Shown: positions 24,815-39,001, numbered from the stretch's first letter. The stretch: 64,000 nt of DNA from Eledone cirrhosa (GCA_964016885.1 OZ024740.1:328290001-328354000), one strand, 5' to 3'. The notes: generated from the sequence alone by a model not told the origin. Program-made: numbers and translations.

Positions 24815-25250
24815 AATGCAATCCGTAGAAAAGATAGCCTCGAAAATGAACATATCAGAAGGTACAGCAATGTGGAAGACATATCCATACATAATATGAA
24901 AGAGTACCGGTGAAATGTTCCAGACAAAACCCCAATAAAAGGGAAAAAAGGCATGCACAGTAGTGGAAGTTAGCTTCCCATCAGATGTCAATATGATATT
25001 AAAGATTAGCGAAAAGGAGAATATCTAAGCCTAACTAATGAGAAATCTGCAGATACTTCGCCCTTACTATACCTTCAGATTTATACCTGTGATTATTGGG
25101 GCAGTGGGATAAGTTATCAACTGCCTCAGTACACATCTTGAGAAGCTGGGCTTCACGGAACTAGAAATAACACGATTAGTTAGGAAATTACATGTACAAT
25201 CCATTAATGGAACAGTAAAAATAATTAAAACATTCCAAAATTTATGCATG
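24815..25250 (+). pseudogene. Restriction-like endonuclease C-terminus of an R4/Dong-like non-LTR element
   Basis: PD…CTVVEVSFPSDVNM…EKE…LMRNLQILRP…FIPVIIGAVG…LEKLGF…GTVKIIKTF, with stops. Preceded by (TACA)n. Confidence 0.7.
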
Positions 25251-26094
25251 TAATAACTACATGTACACATGTACAAATACCAAGCATATGCACATGATTA
25301 CATATAATTCAAAACATCCACATCCACGCATACAATACCATCCATACCTGCACACACACGCATGCAGACATGCTTACATATAAAGATATTTGATGTCTAA
25401 ATTCTAATGAAAGAGTCTTGTATCTATGTTACAAACAAACTCTCTCACTATTGGTAAACATCTATAAAATTATAAGGCTAGAAGAACATACATGGGGAAG
25501 GAACATAAATTTGCAGTTATTCGACCATCTCTGAGCCTGCTCATAAAATTACCGTACAAGATGCTAAGAGTTACATAGACTTGTGTAACATTAACGAAAT
25601 TCTCATGGATTTACATATACACTGTGGGTGACAAGGCTGACCCTTTGAATTACGGGTACCGTCCACCAGACAGGCCACCAAACAATTTTATCTACCCAAA
25701 GACTTGGATTGACCCAGGGCTATGGCAAATGATGCAGTCCCAATATGAAACACAATTTGATCGAAACCGGGACCTAATGTATATGTACTCAGTACATATA
25801 GATACTGAGAATAAGCCCAGTGAAGTAACATTTGATGAAGGTTTAGTCTAGTCTGTGCTGCTTGCTGGTGTTACTGCAGTCGAGATTAGTGAGTTAGGAG
25901 AGAGTATCTGCTACTCACATTAGACAGCTTATATTTCTCCTTCCTTACACTTATTTCACACCAACATAACACATGGCAAAATAAATATATTAGCAATAAG
26001 AACATGTAAACCGTGGACTCAGACACGCCTCCCCACTTACACAAACACACACATATGCATATATAGCTACATACGTATATATACACACACACAC

Positions 26095-26346
<252 letters not shown>

Positions 26347-27247
26347 GGAGACACACAGACATAAACATGCACATAAAAGACATATAACTAATAGATAAAT
26401 AAACATACACATAAAGTTACGCATACGCATAAACCCTGACTAACACACGAATACAAATATAGGCACATGCATACGCATACACACAGCTGCGCAAACAAAC
26501 ACATGCATACATACACACCTACCTACCTACCTACATACATACATACACACACACAGACATGGCTTTTCTCTAAGTAGTGGGCTACGCTAACGTCTGTTTG
26601 TTAGAATCAAGAATTCCTGTGTTGATACAGAGATGTTATATAGGAAGAGAAAAAATGCTGGACAGAAATACCAGTGTCAATTAAATCATGTATGTGCCTT
26701 ATGCCAGACGGCTGCACCAACCATTACGATAATGGCTATCAAAGCCGACCGGCATACGACAGATGCACAGTTCGATTCCTGCATACGCCCCTTGTCACCT
26801 TTGTTTCTGACTTATTTGACTAATTAATAGTAAATATGCATCTTATTGATAAAGCAAAAACAATTTCCTAGTGTATTTTGCACACGCCATCATTACCTGT
26901 GTTTACTCAAAGTATAGATTTAAGTGTGGGTGTAAAGCAGTAATTCTTATTCGCTCCCATCCCTTTTGGATGTATATGCACCTATGTGTGTAGGCATGTA
27001 ATATATACAGCCTTCAAACTATTTGTATTTATCGTTGTTGTGGTATAAGTATAGCCACTGCTTTAGGTCACTTTTCTTGGTGTCACACTTTCTTAACTTT
27101 GTGTTTATTCTGGACGATAATGTATTAACTTATCGCTGCATTTAGTGTTGTGTGGCTGCCTCAAACAATTGCATTAGTATCTACTATATTGCGGCCACAA
27201 CTTCGACTCATACCCAATATTATATATATATATTTAATCTAGAAAAA

Positions 27248-27296
27248 GCTTCTACAGGACTAGAACTGTTTCATTCGGGAGAAATCATCAGGAAGC
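27248..27296 (-). ncRNA. Hammerhead motif (family F)
   Basis: GCTTC-CTGATGA-tTTCtcccGAAt-GAAA-CAG ttctagtc CTG-TA-GAAGC. Confidence 0.75.
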
Positions 27297-27980
27297 CGAC
27301 TGTCCAAGTAATATGGTGGTATTTATATCTTTTCTGGTGGAAGGGGAGGGTGGTGATTGGGATGGGTGGAGGTCATTGGTTGATGGGTTTAAAGAAAAGG
27401 GAATTCTTTAAAAACTATATTTAGAGTAACAAAGGCAGAAATAATTCTATAGTCAAGCTCAAACTGGGGTGCCACTCCTGATTTTTAAAGTTCACTTAAG
27501 CTAATAATGGCTATGGTCAGATTATACAAACACACACACACACACACACACGCACACATATAAACCCTCACTCCCACACACTCGCTCAAACACACACTCT
27601 TATACTTATATATACACACCGATAAATCAACCAATTGATGGTAGGGTCCAGAAACGATCGTAAAATAATGGGTTTTACTATGAATTACCCGTATTTTGTT
27701 TAATTTCATTGTTTTCACTATTTGTATTACACACACACACACACACACACGCACACACACACACACACATACACACGCGCGCACAAATATATATATATAT
27801 ATATATCATTATAAGAAAGTGAATGAAATATATTCATACATACATAAGTGTGCATTAAGATATATCAAAGCTTAAGACAAGAGACAATCTGCACTGGAAA
27901 TAAGATTACATAATTCGTTGAGTATCTTATTAAATTTAATAAAATATTTAAAACAAAATACCTGATAACGATCAATATAT

Positions 27981-28071
27981 TTCCCTCATATGTATTCTCC
28001 ACAAAATCAGAATACATTTCACCAAATAACGGCGAAATTAGATATTTTGAAACTGGTCATCAGTGAGGGAA
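27981..28071 (-). ncRNA. Hammerhead ribozyme (family G) with long perfect stems I and III
   Basis: TTCCCTCA-CTGATGA-CCAG…TTGGt-GAAA-TGTATTCT gattttgtgg AGAATACA-TA-TGAGGGAA. Confidence 0.82.
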
Positions 28072-28135
28072 TTCCCAAATCATCTAATCTCACTCAATAT
28101 AGGGTTGAGTGAGATTAGATGATTTTGAAATTCCC
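28067..28135. repeat. Hairpin with ~31-bp arms adjoining the family G ribozyme
   Basis: …AAATCATCTAATCTCACTCAA tataggg TTGAGTGAGATTAGATGATTT…. Confidence 0.85.
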
Positions 28136-28629
28136 TTAAATATTAAGTAACGTTCACAATTTTATATATTTATATATAAATGTATGCTTTTACACACATT
28201 TTTCTTTAAATTATGTATTGTTTGTGCACAGATATCCAGTTATAGTATATTTCAGCTATTTAATGTACAATCTAATCTAAGCACGAATATTATCCAAATT
28301 TCCTTATCTATCGTAAACACTAACATTATACAAATTAGCAGAGTCAGTTCTTTATTATTTCTACATTCGAAGAGTATATAAAGCCTTCAGATTTCTCTCC
28401 AGGCATTTCACCGCGGATTGTAAGATTTATAGTTAACTTCTGATGGCGATCCCAACAAGGACCGAAACTTGAGTGAAGCTATTCATTTTTATCATTATGT
28501 AAATAAGACATGTTTACATATATAGAAATGCGTATTTACAGACGCATTTCCTGGAGCTTCGGTTAAATGTTGTACTGCATGCGTACATAGTTTAGTGCGT
28601 ACAGAGTTTAGTGCTTAGTACACAATTAA

Positions 28630-28698
<69 letters not shown>

Positions 28699-28754
28699 CA
28701 TGTATGTATGCGTCTCTCTCCTGTCTCTATTTCTTTTTCACTCTCACTCTCTAT

Positions 28755-28812
<58 letters not shown>

Positions 28813-28838
28813 AGAGAGAGAGAGAGAGTGAGAGAGAG

Positions 28839-28879
<41 letters not shown>

Positions 28880-29337
28880 CAGGAGAGTAATGCATACATG
28901 CTTATATAAGTATAGGTTACATATACACATAAACATATAAACATACAGACACATGCTATACCTTTTGAAAAACACATCATGAAGATGAAAGGAAATGAAG
29001 CAAGTGACAAAACAGTAACAGTACTCTGAATGGTAGTTTGCAATGTGTGCACTGACATGCAAAACATGTAATGTTTAGAAAGGATCCAGTTCTAAGAGAC
29101 AGTGTCGCCATTCAGTCGAGAACAACTTTGGTACAGATGGACGGATGATGCGATGATGGGATGGATAGGGTAAGGGAAGCGATCGGATGAGAATACTGTT
29201 TGAGGCAATATGGAAACATTATCTTTAACAAGTTTGTCTTTTTTCTTTTCGTCGTCCCTACCAGCGCCAAACCAGCGTCACACCATCTCCACCACCACCA
29301 CTGTTACTGCTGCTGATGATGGTGGGGGTGCTGCTGG

Positions 29338-29409
<72 letters not shown>

Positions 29410-30185
29410 ACCGGCAGCATCCCTAGCCACCACCAAACTTCGTTTATTTTCGTAAGCCCTATGCTTTTAATTTCATATTACATGTGATAACACTTTCTAA
29501 ATGTCGTTGACATTTACTATACTGAATGAAGCACTAAGGGTTTGTCCGATATATGACAGGTGTTTTTTAATCTCCCAAGAAGTGGTTTTTTAAACGCATC
29601 GATTGTTCAATATTTTACCAAATAGCACAATCCTCTTACTGTGTTTAAATTGACTCTTGTTGCATCACTAAAGCGGTCGACTTGTAGAGTCTTTAGAGCT
29701 TCCGATAGAAAGCATTGTAATGTTTGTTTTAACTCTCAATGTTCTAATGTCCACTGAGATTCACTTTACCTTTATCTTTCTCGTGTCGTTAAAAAGTGTA
29801 TTATATTTATGCTAGTACAACATTATTTCACAGTAGCTGTCACGCCATGGATATTCCACAGCATGAGGGGCAAGGTCGAGCGAGTATCTGGATCTGTTCG
29901 CGACTATATAGCAGAGGCTTGGCACATGCAACTAAGTCATCCTAAATCGTAACAGCTGTAATTTAGTTGCATCACTTCTTTGGTTTGCTTGGCATTTGTC
30001 TGTTGTTTCGTCTGCTTCTTTGTATTTTGTGTAACTTTCCATCGAAAAAAAGTGGATCGCCTTACCAACCTTCTCTCAACAGCTACTGTTTTTATAGAAG
30101 TCCTCATCCAGACAAACTCAATCTATCTTCTATGCATTTTGTGACTATAGATACATCTTTGATAATATTATCTTTATAGTGACAG

Positions 30186-30372
30186 TAATAATGGTTTCTG
30201 ATTTAGGCACAAGGCCAACAATTTTTGGGGAAGGGAATTGTCGATTAAATTAACCCAAGTGCGTTACTGATACTTTATTTTATTGACCTCGTAAGGATGA
30301 AAGGCAAAGATAACCTTGGCGGGATTTGAACTCAGAACGTAAAGAGCCGTAACTCAATGTCTCAAAGCATAT
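30186..30372 (-). mobile_element. SINE family 1 copy
   Basis: Core and B-box on the minus strand. Confidence 0.78.
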
Positions 30373-31650
30373 AAGGAAAATTCATTTTGTTAAAGACAGT
30401 TAATATCGCTTTCCGTTTGATATCAATATCAAGTATAAGAGTGAGGTGGCGAATTGGCATTGCTGTTAGAGGTCTAATTTTCTTTTCACCTTTTCGAGAT
30501 AGATAAAATAGAGTAATCGATTGAGGAAATTGTTAGGGTATCGAACAGGTTGTATTGCAATATCTGTTTCGGCTAGTGCTTTCTAAGTTCAAATCACGCT
30601 TGCTGTCCCAGAAAGGTGTGGCATGATAGAACTAGTCTAATTCTCATTAAATTTCATAGGAGACTAAGCTTAAGCAGGCGTGGAAGTTCTAACACTAATC
30701 CCCACCACACACACACAAAAACTGAGAACACTAATCTTAAATGAACAGCAGATAGACTGTTCACAATGTAAAATAATATAAATGTTACGGGGGCACTCAT
30801 ATTGTTATTATTTTTGAACCCATTGTCCACCCGCTCCAGTAAACATTTCATAAAAAATGATCCAGTCTTGATCAAAATAAATCTAGAAAATATTAACCTT
30901 CTCTCTTTACTTTTTTGAAAAAAGCATGGTGTGTTTCTTTTTTGGATTAGGAAAAGGGGTGAATAATCTCTGAGAATACTAAGGTTGTTATTGTTCTTTA
31001 ACTACAGAACTACTAAAATATATGATTTATGACCACATATCTTTTCTCTATGTATAAGAAATCCAGGACCACATTATCTGAGATTTTCGTAATATTGGCT
31101 ATAGTGGTAAATGTTTGACTGGAGGGTTGGACAGAAGCATCAGGTGTCGGATGGAGGGGATAAGCAAATAATTCAGAGAAGCAAATGCCGAATATAGAGA
31201 CAAGAAGACAGCACGTCTGTAGGCCAGAGATTTTAGTGTATTCGTGAGAGTGTTTTCGTCACTAATTGCGATAGCCTTATTTTGAATGTGTCTTGGTTGT
31301 ATGTAGCAATGACACCACTTCAGTTGTGAGATCAGTACCCTGTTGTGGGTGATACTTCAGTTTTACAGAGAATTCATTGGGTTCGAAGTAACATTTAGTT
31401 CTTAATGGCGAGGCTTAACTTTGGAATGTATCTTTAACTTATATATATGTGAATTCTTCCAGAAAACCATCAAATATTGTGGAAGCTAACATTTGTTCTT
31501 TACAACGAGAGAAGGGGTTGCACAATATTATTCCTATTTGATGTGAGCAATTAACGAGAGAAATTTATAGCAGGACGGGAGTCAACGTAGAGGCACCATC
31601 GCACACCTGATACAAACAAACGAGCACACACAGGTACATACATTTGTATG

Positions 31651-31685
<35 letters not shown>

Positions 31686-32970
31686 TGGAATTGTACGACA
31701 TTTAATACTTCAAGTTTTGACACATGAGGTGTATGCTGCAAGGTGATTTACACCATACACCGGTTCTCTAGGCAAATATTATCCACTTGTTACATAATAC
31801 AATAATACCATTTGCATTGAGGTCATGAGGTTAAAGTCACATATGCGATGAACAGGTCACATTTCCTGGATAAAGGATCATCGTTTGTTCACGATTGTGC
31901 TGTATGCCGCCGGGACAGAAGGGACGCAAACTGAACATCACCAGCGCTCTACTGTAAACTTCGAATGTGATGCCTGGTATATTTTCGTTGTGAAATTTTA
32001 CAGATATTCGCTTGCAAAAGGCATCAAATACGATTATGTTTATGAGATTAAAATTTGAAAAAAATTATTTTTTTTTTTTCCGCAATTTATAATTGTAGAA
32101 ATGATCGTACGTTCCTGTAGATTATCTGACAGATAGTATTTAGTATCAACATGAACACATTTACAGTTTACCTTTTGCTTATTGTTAACTCTGATCGAAA
32201 GTATTCAGTAATGAAAGCATTAACTAACGAAAGTATACAATAATGGAATTATTGAAATTATGTTCCCTTCTCCATTTTCAAGTAATCGTAATAAACTTAA
32301 AATGTTTATAATTTCATCAAAATAACCGCAATCTAAACCTCGGAAAATGTTTTACGACATTTAATTACGGCTCTAAGTTCAAATTCGACAGAGGTTTACT
32401 ATGCCATTCATTCATCTGGGTTCGATGAAATAAAGTACCAATCAAGTACCGAGGTCGATGGCCTAAATGAAAAAAGATATTGTTAAGGAACTAGAAATTA
32501 GTACTAAGAAATATATGAGGTGGTTGGAGGTGGAGTAATATACTCTATATATATCTGGGCATTTTAGTACAAAAGGTTTTGGTGGATATGCTTCTAGTTC
32601 CATACAGCTAATGGCGGGAAGATTGTGAACTATTGTCGCAATAGTACCATCAATCTTGAATGCGGGTAACTATAACTTCCTTCATGTTAATAGCGGGTAT
32701 ATGTGAATGTGTATATAAGCGTCTATTAGTGTCTGTATTGATATAGTTATATGTATGCAGGCTTTATTGCATGTAAATATGTATGTGTATGAGTATACAC
32801 GCACGCACACACGCGCGCACACACACACACACGCACACACACACATATATATATATATATATACGTTTTCCGGGTTGAATCGGAGGTAACCACAGTAAGT
32901 AAGGTACTCAATACATTGCAGAGTATAAAAGAATGAAACAGTTCTAGTCCTGTACAATCTCATCTATATT

Positions 32971-33052
<82 letters not shown>

Positions 33053-33394
33053 TATATACACAAATGAAAGTTTAGTAAAATCGAAGTTTCGGTGGTGGCC
33101 AAGCTAGCGATATACAATTAGGTTTGTGCAGCAAAGTACTCAATAGGGTGTATCACCCTGAGTAATTAATATACATTAGATAGCTAGCGTGACAATTTAT
33201 ATATATATATGTGTGTATGTATATATATATATTGTTATACTTTGGGAGGGTCATGTTGCCAATAAGAAACACACGCACCAGTTGCTTTCACTTCAATTTA
33301 TTATATATTTATAAATTTATAAATTTACAAATCTACAAACTTATAAATTTCTGGTTGGTTGGTTGGCTCCACAACCAGATAGTTGTTTATATAT

Positions 33395-33439
33395 AGTCAT
33401 AGTCCTTTCGTCACACACTCTGTGACCTCTTCAGTGACT
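33395..33439 (-). ncRNA. Minimal hammerhead motif (family A)
   Basis: Same as 8558-8602 except stem III reads GGAC. Confidence 0.72.
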
Positions 33440-33740
33440 GGGGATTCCTTTCTTTGTTTCTGTGCGTTTCCTTTCTTCTATCCTACGCCATTTTGTTTCT
33501 GTGTGTGTGTTGTGTGCTCGGTTTGCGCATGTGCCACATCCGTGTGTCTGTATGTGTTTGTGTTCATTTATCTATTTGTTTATTTATTTAATTATTTATT
33601 GTTGGTTGGTTGTTTGTTCTATGTGTGTGTGTGTTTTCATTTTATCCTGTGTATGTTTTCATTTTGTCCTTAATTGTAAGTTGTTTGTTCTATGTGTGTG
33701 TGTGTTTTCATTTTGTCCTGTGTGTGTTTTCATTTTGTCC

Positions 33741-36700
33741 TTAATTGTAAGTTGTGATGTTGCTGTTCCACTCATATTTTCTATTTAATTTTGGTTGTAA
33801 TTCTTTTATGCTTACTGCCTCTGTAATTTGCCTAAACATTGCATCTTTTCTGTGTGTGGATTCTATTTTTATTTCTATGTTCTCTAATCTACCCCTGTGT
33901 TCTATCTTAGCATGTTGGTAGAGCACAGATGATTCTTTATTATCTTGAAGGTCTCGCCAGTGTTCATTTATTCGTTCCCCTATACTACGAGCTGTCTCAC
34001 CTATGTACACTATATTTTTGTTTCTACATTGTCCTTCAGTACATCTTATGCTATACACTACATTTCTAGTTTTACAGTTAATATGGGGGCTTATTTTACA
34101 GGTTATACATTTCTTATCTATACATGAGGGTCTTTGGAACGGGTATGTCTGTCTAATAAGTGTTTTTACGGAGGTACCTGGTCTTTCTACTAACTTAATA
34201 TTGAGTTTATGTTTGTTTAGGGCCCTTCTAAATTTGTAGGCTAGTTCGCCTCTAGGGGTTGTATTGATGAACATTACACTCTGGTATTTATTGCTATCAT
34301 ACCATGAGTTTATTCTATTGGCCTTGTTCCTAGTTCTTTCTATTCTATTCCAAAATTTGCTCCTATACAAGGGGGCAGGTCCCATTTATGTCATTATTTA
34401 CCATTTTTTCCCATTTGGTTCTGGCTCCTCTATACACTCTGATTCTATCTCTCTGATTGTAGCCAGAGAACTGCATACGGTGGATGAAGTGTTGTATGTG
34501 TCTCTCTAGTTCTTCGGGGTTGCACATGCGGGACACATTTCTCATCACCCGTACCAAATCCGCAATCAGTATGTTGATTTTGGTATGGTCCGAAATGGCC
34601 GAGTTTCGGTGGATCAGATGTTTGGAAGTCATGGGTTTGGCATAATGGGAATGGAGGATTTGTTTTTGGTTGTTAATGGTATCTAACCAGAGCTCTGTGT
34701 CTAGTACAGGTAATCGATGGTTGGGGTGTCTACTTGGGTAGTCTATAGTAACTCTAATGCTCTGGTGGATGGAGTTTGCTATTTGCTGGATGCTTTCCAT
34801 TGTGTTTTTCTCTAGTTCCTGACTGTTCTTTAGTGGGGGTGTCTTAACTACGATGTTTATATCATCTACGTAGCGGGAGTACATAATCAGGGTTAAGCTG
34901 TCTTCTAATTGTTCTTTAAGTTTTTGTTTAAGTCTACTGTCCCACCATACCATGAATAAGTTAGCTATGTCGCCTGCAATGCTAACACCAATGGCTGCTC
35001 CTTCCTCTTGGGCATATGTTTTACCATTAAATTTGAACATATGTTCCTTAAGGGTTAATTTTATGCTGGCCCCTACCGCATGTGCAATCATTTTCTTCAG
35101 TTCATCGTGGTTTTCGGGTGTCCGTATGGCTCTGGTCCACCCGTTCCATCTATCCGTGTGGGTTTTCTTGGCCATTGAGGTAATGGTAGGTGGTCTGCCT
35201 CTTGCTGGTCTTGTAGGGCACAGGTTGCTAAGGTCATAAGTGTCTAGGTAACTATTACTATGGGTAAGCTTAAGTAGAAGTCCCAGCTCACTGGTATCAA
35301 TCCCACGGAACTCAACCTTGCTCTCGCTGATCATTTCTACGCATTTCTCCACAGCAAAATCCACGTCAATAGATGGATACAGGGACACAACATCCATACT
35401 GCCTATTATGCAGTTTGTTAGGTCCCCAGATCGGTTACCCGCGTCGATTCTGCTGAGGAGGTCCTCCGTGCTGTCACATACATCTGGGGACATCTCAATG
35501 ATGGGGCGTATGATCAGGGAGAGGAAGTAGGACAGTCTGTAGTTACTAGCAATGTTAGCTCCACAGACTGGCCGTGTTGGTGGTCCGGCGACAGTGTCCC
35601 AGCCCGTTTTATGGTCTTTTCGAAGTCCATACAACGCCGGCACGTCATTGTTCCAGGCCTGGAAGTTGTTGGCAGTCCTTTTGTTGGGCTGCATTATATT
35701 CGTCCACATCACCATATGGGCATTGAGGGCTTTTTCTCTATCCTCATGCTCCTGTGGTGTTACCTCTCTTGTGTTAGTGATGTGGGGTTGCATTGCCTGG
35801 ATGTAGTTTGGCAGGCTGTCAACCGACATTCTGCCAGACTTGTCTGTTGGAAAGCATGCTATCTCTCCATTACGCGAGCGCTGAATGAGCTTACGCAAGC
35901 CATTTGCAGATTTTTCTCCCAGTTGCTGGGCCTCTATTCTATTATGCTTCTTGCTATACTGTTCTATAATATTTCTAAGTTCGGATTTAGCTATACTAAA
36001 TTGTGCTTCTGTTTGTTCATCGACCTGCGACGGCAACTGCGTGCGTTTGTTAAATGGTAAAGTCGTGGCGTGGACTCGTCGCAGGTCGAATGATTTATCG
36101 GAGGGATTATAAAATGGAGAGTTCCAGGCTGCTGCTTTATGTGTACTAGTGCTATTGTTATTGTTAGTTGTGTTGTTTCTATTTCTATTTCCACCAACAG
36201 CCTCATGGTTGTTTCTATGTCTCTCATAATTACTCCTGTCTCTTTCCACTGGCTCAATGTTGTTATCTACCCTATTTTGTGTGTCTGTGTGTTCGTCTTG
36301 GTTATTCTCTTTGTCCTTAGTCTCCCATCTCCTTTTCCTTTTAATCCTATTACTTTCCCTTATTTCTCTGATTTCTGTGCTACTGTCATTACTTGTTTTC
36401 TGTGTCTGTGTGTTTGTTAAGATTGTGGTGGTGGTGAGAGGCATTGAATGCGTGTGTGTTGTTGTTGATGTGTGCTGTTGTTGATGTGTGTTGTTGTTGT
36501 CTCCGTGTGTGTTATCGTTGTTGTGTGTGTTGTTATTGTTGTTATTGTTGTTTGTGTCTGTTGTTGTTGTATCTGGGTATGTTGCTATTGTTGTTGTTGT
36601 TGATTTGTGTGTTGTTGTTATTGTTGTTTGTGTCTGTGTGTCTGTTGTTGTTGGGATGTGTGTTGTATATGTGTGTGCGTATATTGTTGCTTTTGTTTTT

Positions 36701-37298
36701 GATGCTCCAACGTAGATTTGTAAATGATTTTTCTATTTCTGACAGACAACTAATCATATTTACCTTCTTGAATGTCGCAAATTTGGACGGTAGACATAAC
36801 ACAGACATTTCATTATTATCTATTTCCGTGTTCCCATAAATGTTGGTATTTTTGTTGTTGAACTCTTCTGATAATGAGGTGTCGGCCATGTTGATACCGT
36901 CAATTTTGTCGGGATATCTATTGGTATACTCTATAGTATCCTGATTTAGCTTTGCCTGTTTAAGCCACTTTAGTTTCCTGTTAAAGTGCTTATCACATTC
37001 TTGAGTATTGTACTGTTCTTCGGGGCGTATAAGGCTTATAAATATTAGTTTTTCTGTTGGTGTGGTGATTTTAGCTATTTCTTGTATTAGGTTACGCTTT
37101 TGTTTTTCTTGATGACTTAATTCTCTATAGATCTTCTTTTTTTATGTTTAGAATTAAAGTTCGTTTTAGCCTATCTGCTTGTTTTTTGGTGAGTTGTAAT
37201 CTTCTAACGTCGGTATTGATGGTGTTGGTGTAGATTCTGGAAGTGGCGCACAGCTTTATGAAATGTAGTTGTCGAGATGTTATGGTTTTTCGTAGACA
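33741..37298 (-). pseudogene. PLE polyprotein (N-terminal domain, RT, Cys linker, GIY-YIG) with a few frameshifts
   Basis: LHFIKLC, LCLPSKFA, PTDKSG, YGLRKDHK…PTRPVCGA, MDVVSLYPSI, GAAIG, RYVDD, LPVLD, CIDKKCITC, VVYSIRC…YIGETAR. An extra C in a C-run near 34371-34375 splits RT from EN. Confidence 0.92.
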
Positions 37299-37963
37299 AT
37301 AAGCCCCCATATTAACTGTAAAACTAGAAATGTAGTGTATAGCATAAGATGTACTGAAGGACAATGTAGAAACAAAAATATAGTGTACATAGGTGAGACA
37401 GCTCGTAGTATAGGGGAACGAATAAATGAACACTGGCGAGACCTTCAAGATAATAAAGAATCATCTGTGCTCTACCAACATGCTAAGATAGAACACAGGG
37501 GTAGATTAGAGAACATAGAAATAAAAATAGAATCCACACACAGAAAAGATGCAATGTTTAGGCAAATTACAGAGGCAGTAAGCATAAAAGAATTAAATAG
37601 AAAATATGAGTGGAACAGCAACATCACAACTTACAATTAAGGACAAAATGAAAACACACACAGGACAAAATGAAAACACACACACACATAGAACAAACAA
37701 CTTACAATTAAGGACAAAATGAAAACACACACAGGACAAAATGAAAACACACACAGGACAAAATGAAAACACACACACACATAGAACAAACAACCAACCA
37801 ACAATAAATAATTAAATAAATAAACAAATAGATAAATGAACACAAACACACACAGACACCCGGATGTGGCACATGCGCAAACCGAGCACACAACACACAC
37901 ACAGAAACAAAATGGCGTAGGATAGAAGAAAGGAAAGGCACAGAAACAAAGAAAGGAATCCCC

Positions 37964-38008
37964 AGTCACTGAAGAGGTCACAGAGTGTGTGACGAAAGGA
38001 CTATGACT
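37964..38008 (+). ncRNA. Minimal hammerhead motif (family A)
   Basis: AGTCA-CTGAAGA-G-GTCACA…TGTGAC-GAAA-GGAC-TA-TGACT. Confidence 0.72.
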
Positions 38009-38588
38009 ATATATAAACAACTATCTGGTTGTGGAACCAACCAACCAACCAACCAGAAATTTATAAGTTTGTAGATTTGTAAATTTATAAATTTATAAAT
38101 ATATAATAAATTGAAGTGAAAGCAACTGGTGCGTGTGTTTCTTATTGGCAACATGACCCTCCCAAAGTATAACAATATCGGTTTCAACACACGATTTCAG
38201 ATAAAGAATCTTGCTAAACAAATTCAGAAACGAAATATATATATATATATATATATATACATACACGCAGAAAGTAATTTGCATAGATCAAGAGAGAACC
38301 TAGGGAACGGAAATTAAGAGTGGCGCAAAAGAGAGATGTAGAAGGTGATGAAGAGTGAAAGGGAGAGGCAGATTGACAGGAACAATAGAGATGGAGGTGA
38401 ACGGGAGATATAGTGAAAAAAACAGGTGAAAAAACAAACACAAAGTGATATACTTCCCTGTCAGATTGAAAAGGTAAGAGTTGAAGTAAGAGATAAAAGA
38501 CCTGCCAGCCATCTTAAAGCAGGGTGCTGAAGCTTGTCATAATATCTATTGTAGATTAGAAAGGTGATAGATAGGGGTAGTTATCAAC

Positions 38589-38724
<136 letters not shown>

Positions 38725-38845
38725 GTATATATATATAAACAAATAGTAAAAAGGTGAAAATTCAGTAGAAAATGCTGGAGAGATTTTTTTCAGTATAGTA
38801 TGAAAACATTTATTTATAAAGTGGGTATTTTCGAATTTAATAGTG

Positions 38846-38878
38846 GTACCGGTTTCAGCATTATATGCTTTTTCAACG
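38846..38878 (-). ncRNA. Degenerate minimal hammerhead with U3-A8 core (family H)
   Basis: TTGAAAA-AGCAT ata ATGCT-GAAA-CCGG-TA. Stem I is largely unpaired. Confidence 0.45.
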
Positions 38879-39001
38879 GCGGAGGTGCAAAGTCCAGTTA
38901 AGTTGCATATTTATATGAATAATAATAAAATGTCCGAGCTTATTCTTCGTTCTCTGTTAGTTAGCTAACAGAGGTGGTAGTAGTTTTGAAGTTTTGGTTC
39001 T

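Larger units (their letters stand above)
33229..38235 (-). mobile_element. Penelope-like element (probably Naiad-like) with ~0.9-kb inverted 5' arm
   Basis: Minus-strand RT/GIY-YIG ORF. About 37299-38178 is an inverted copy of about 33229-34092. Hammerhead in both arms, with (TA)n flanks. Confidence 0.92.

Noticed and set aside
25624-25851. 75-aa ORF with normal-looking composition
   Set aside because: It has a GTG start and overlaps what looks like a decayed family-2 SINE.
31857-31977. Possible exon HISWIKDHRLFTIVLYAAGTEGTQTEHHQRSTVNFECDA (similar weak candidates near 26605-26688, 41615-41727 and 63079-63167)
   Set aside because: Splice signals are weak and there is no recognisable homology. 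Open frames of this length arise by chance.
33741-36444. Selenoprotein-type Naiad (in-frame UGA plus SECIS)
   Set aside because: The linker cysteines are ordinary Cys codons, the RT/EN break is a frameshift rather than UGA, and no SECIS was evident by eye.
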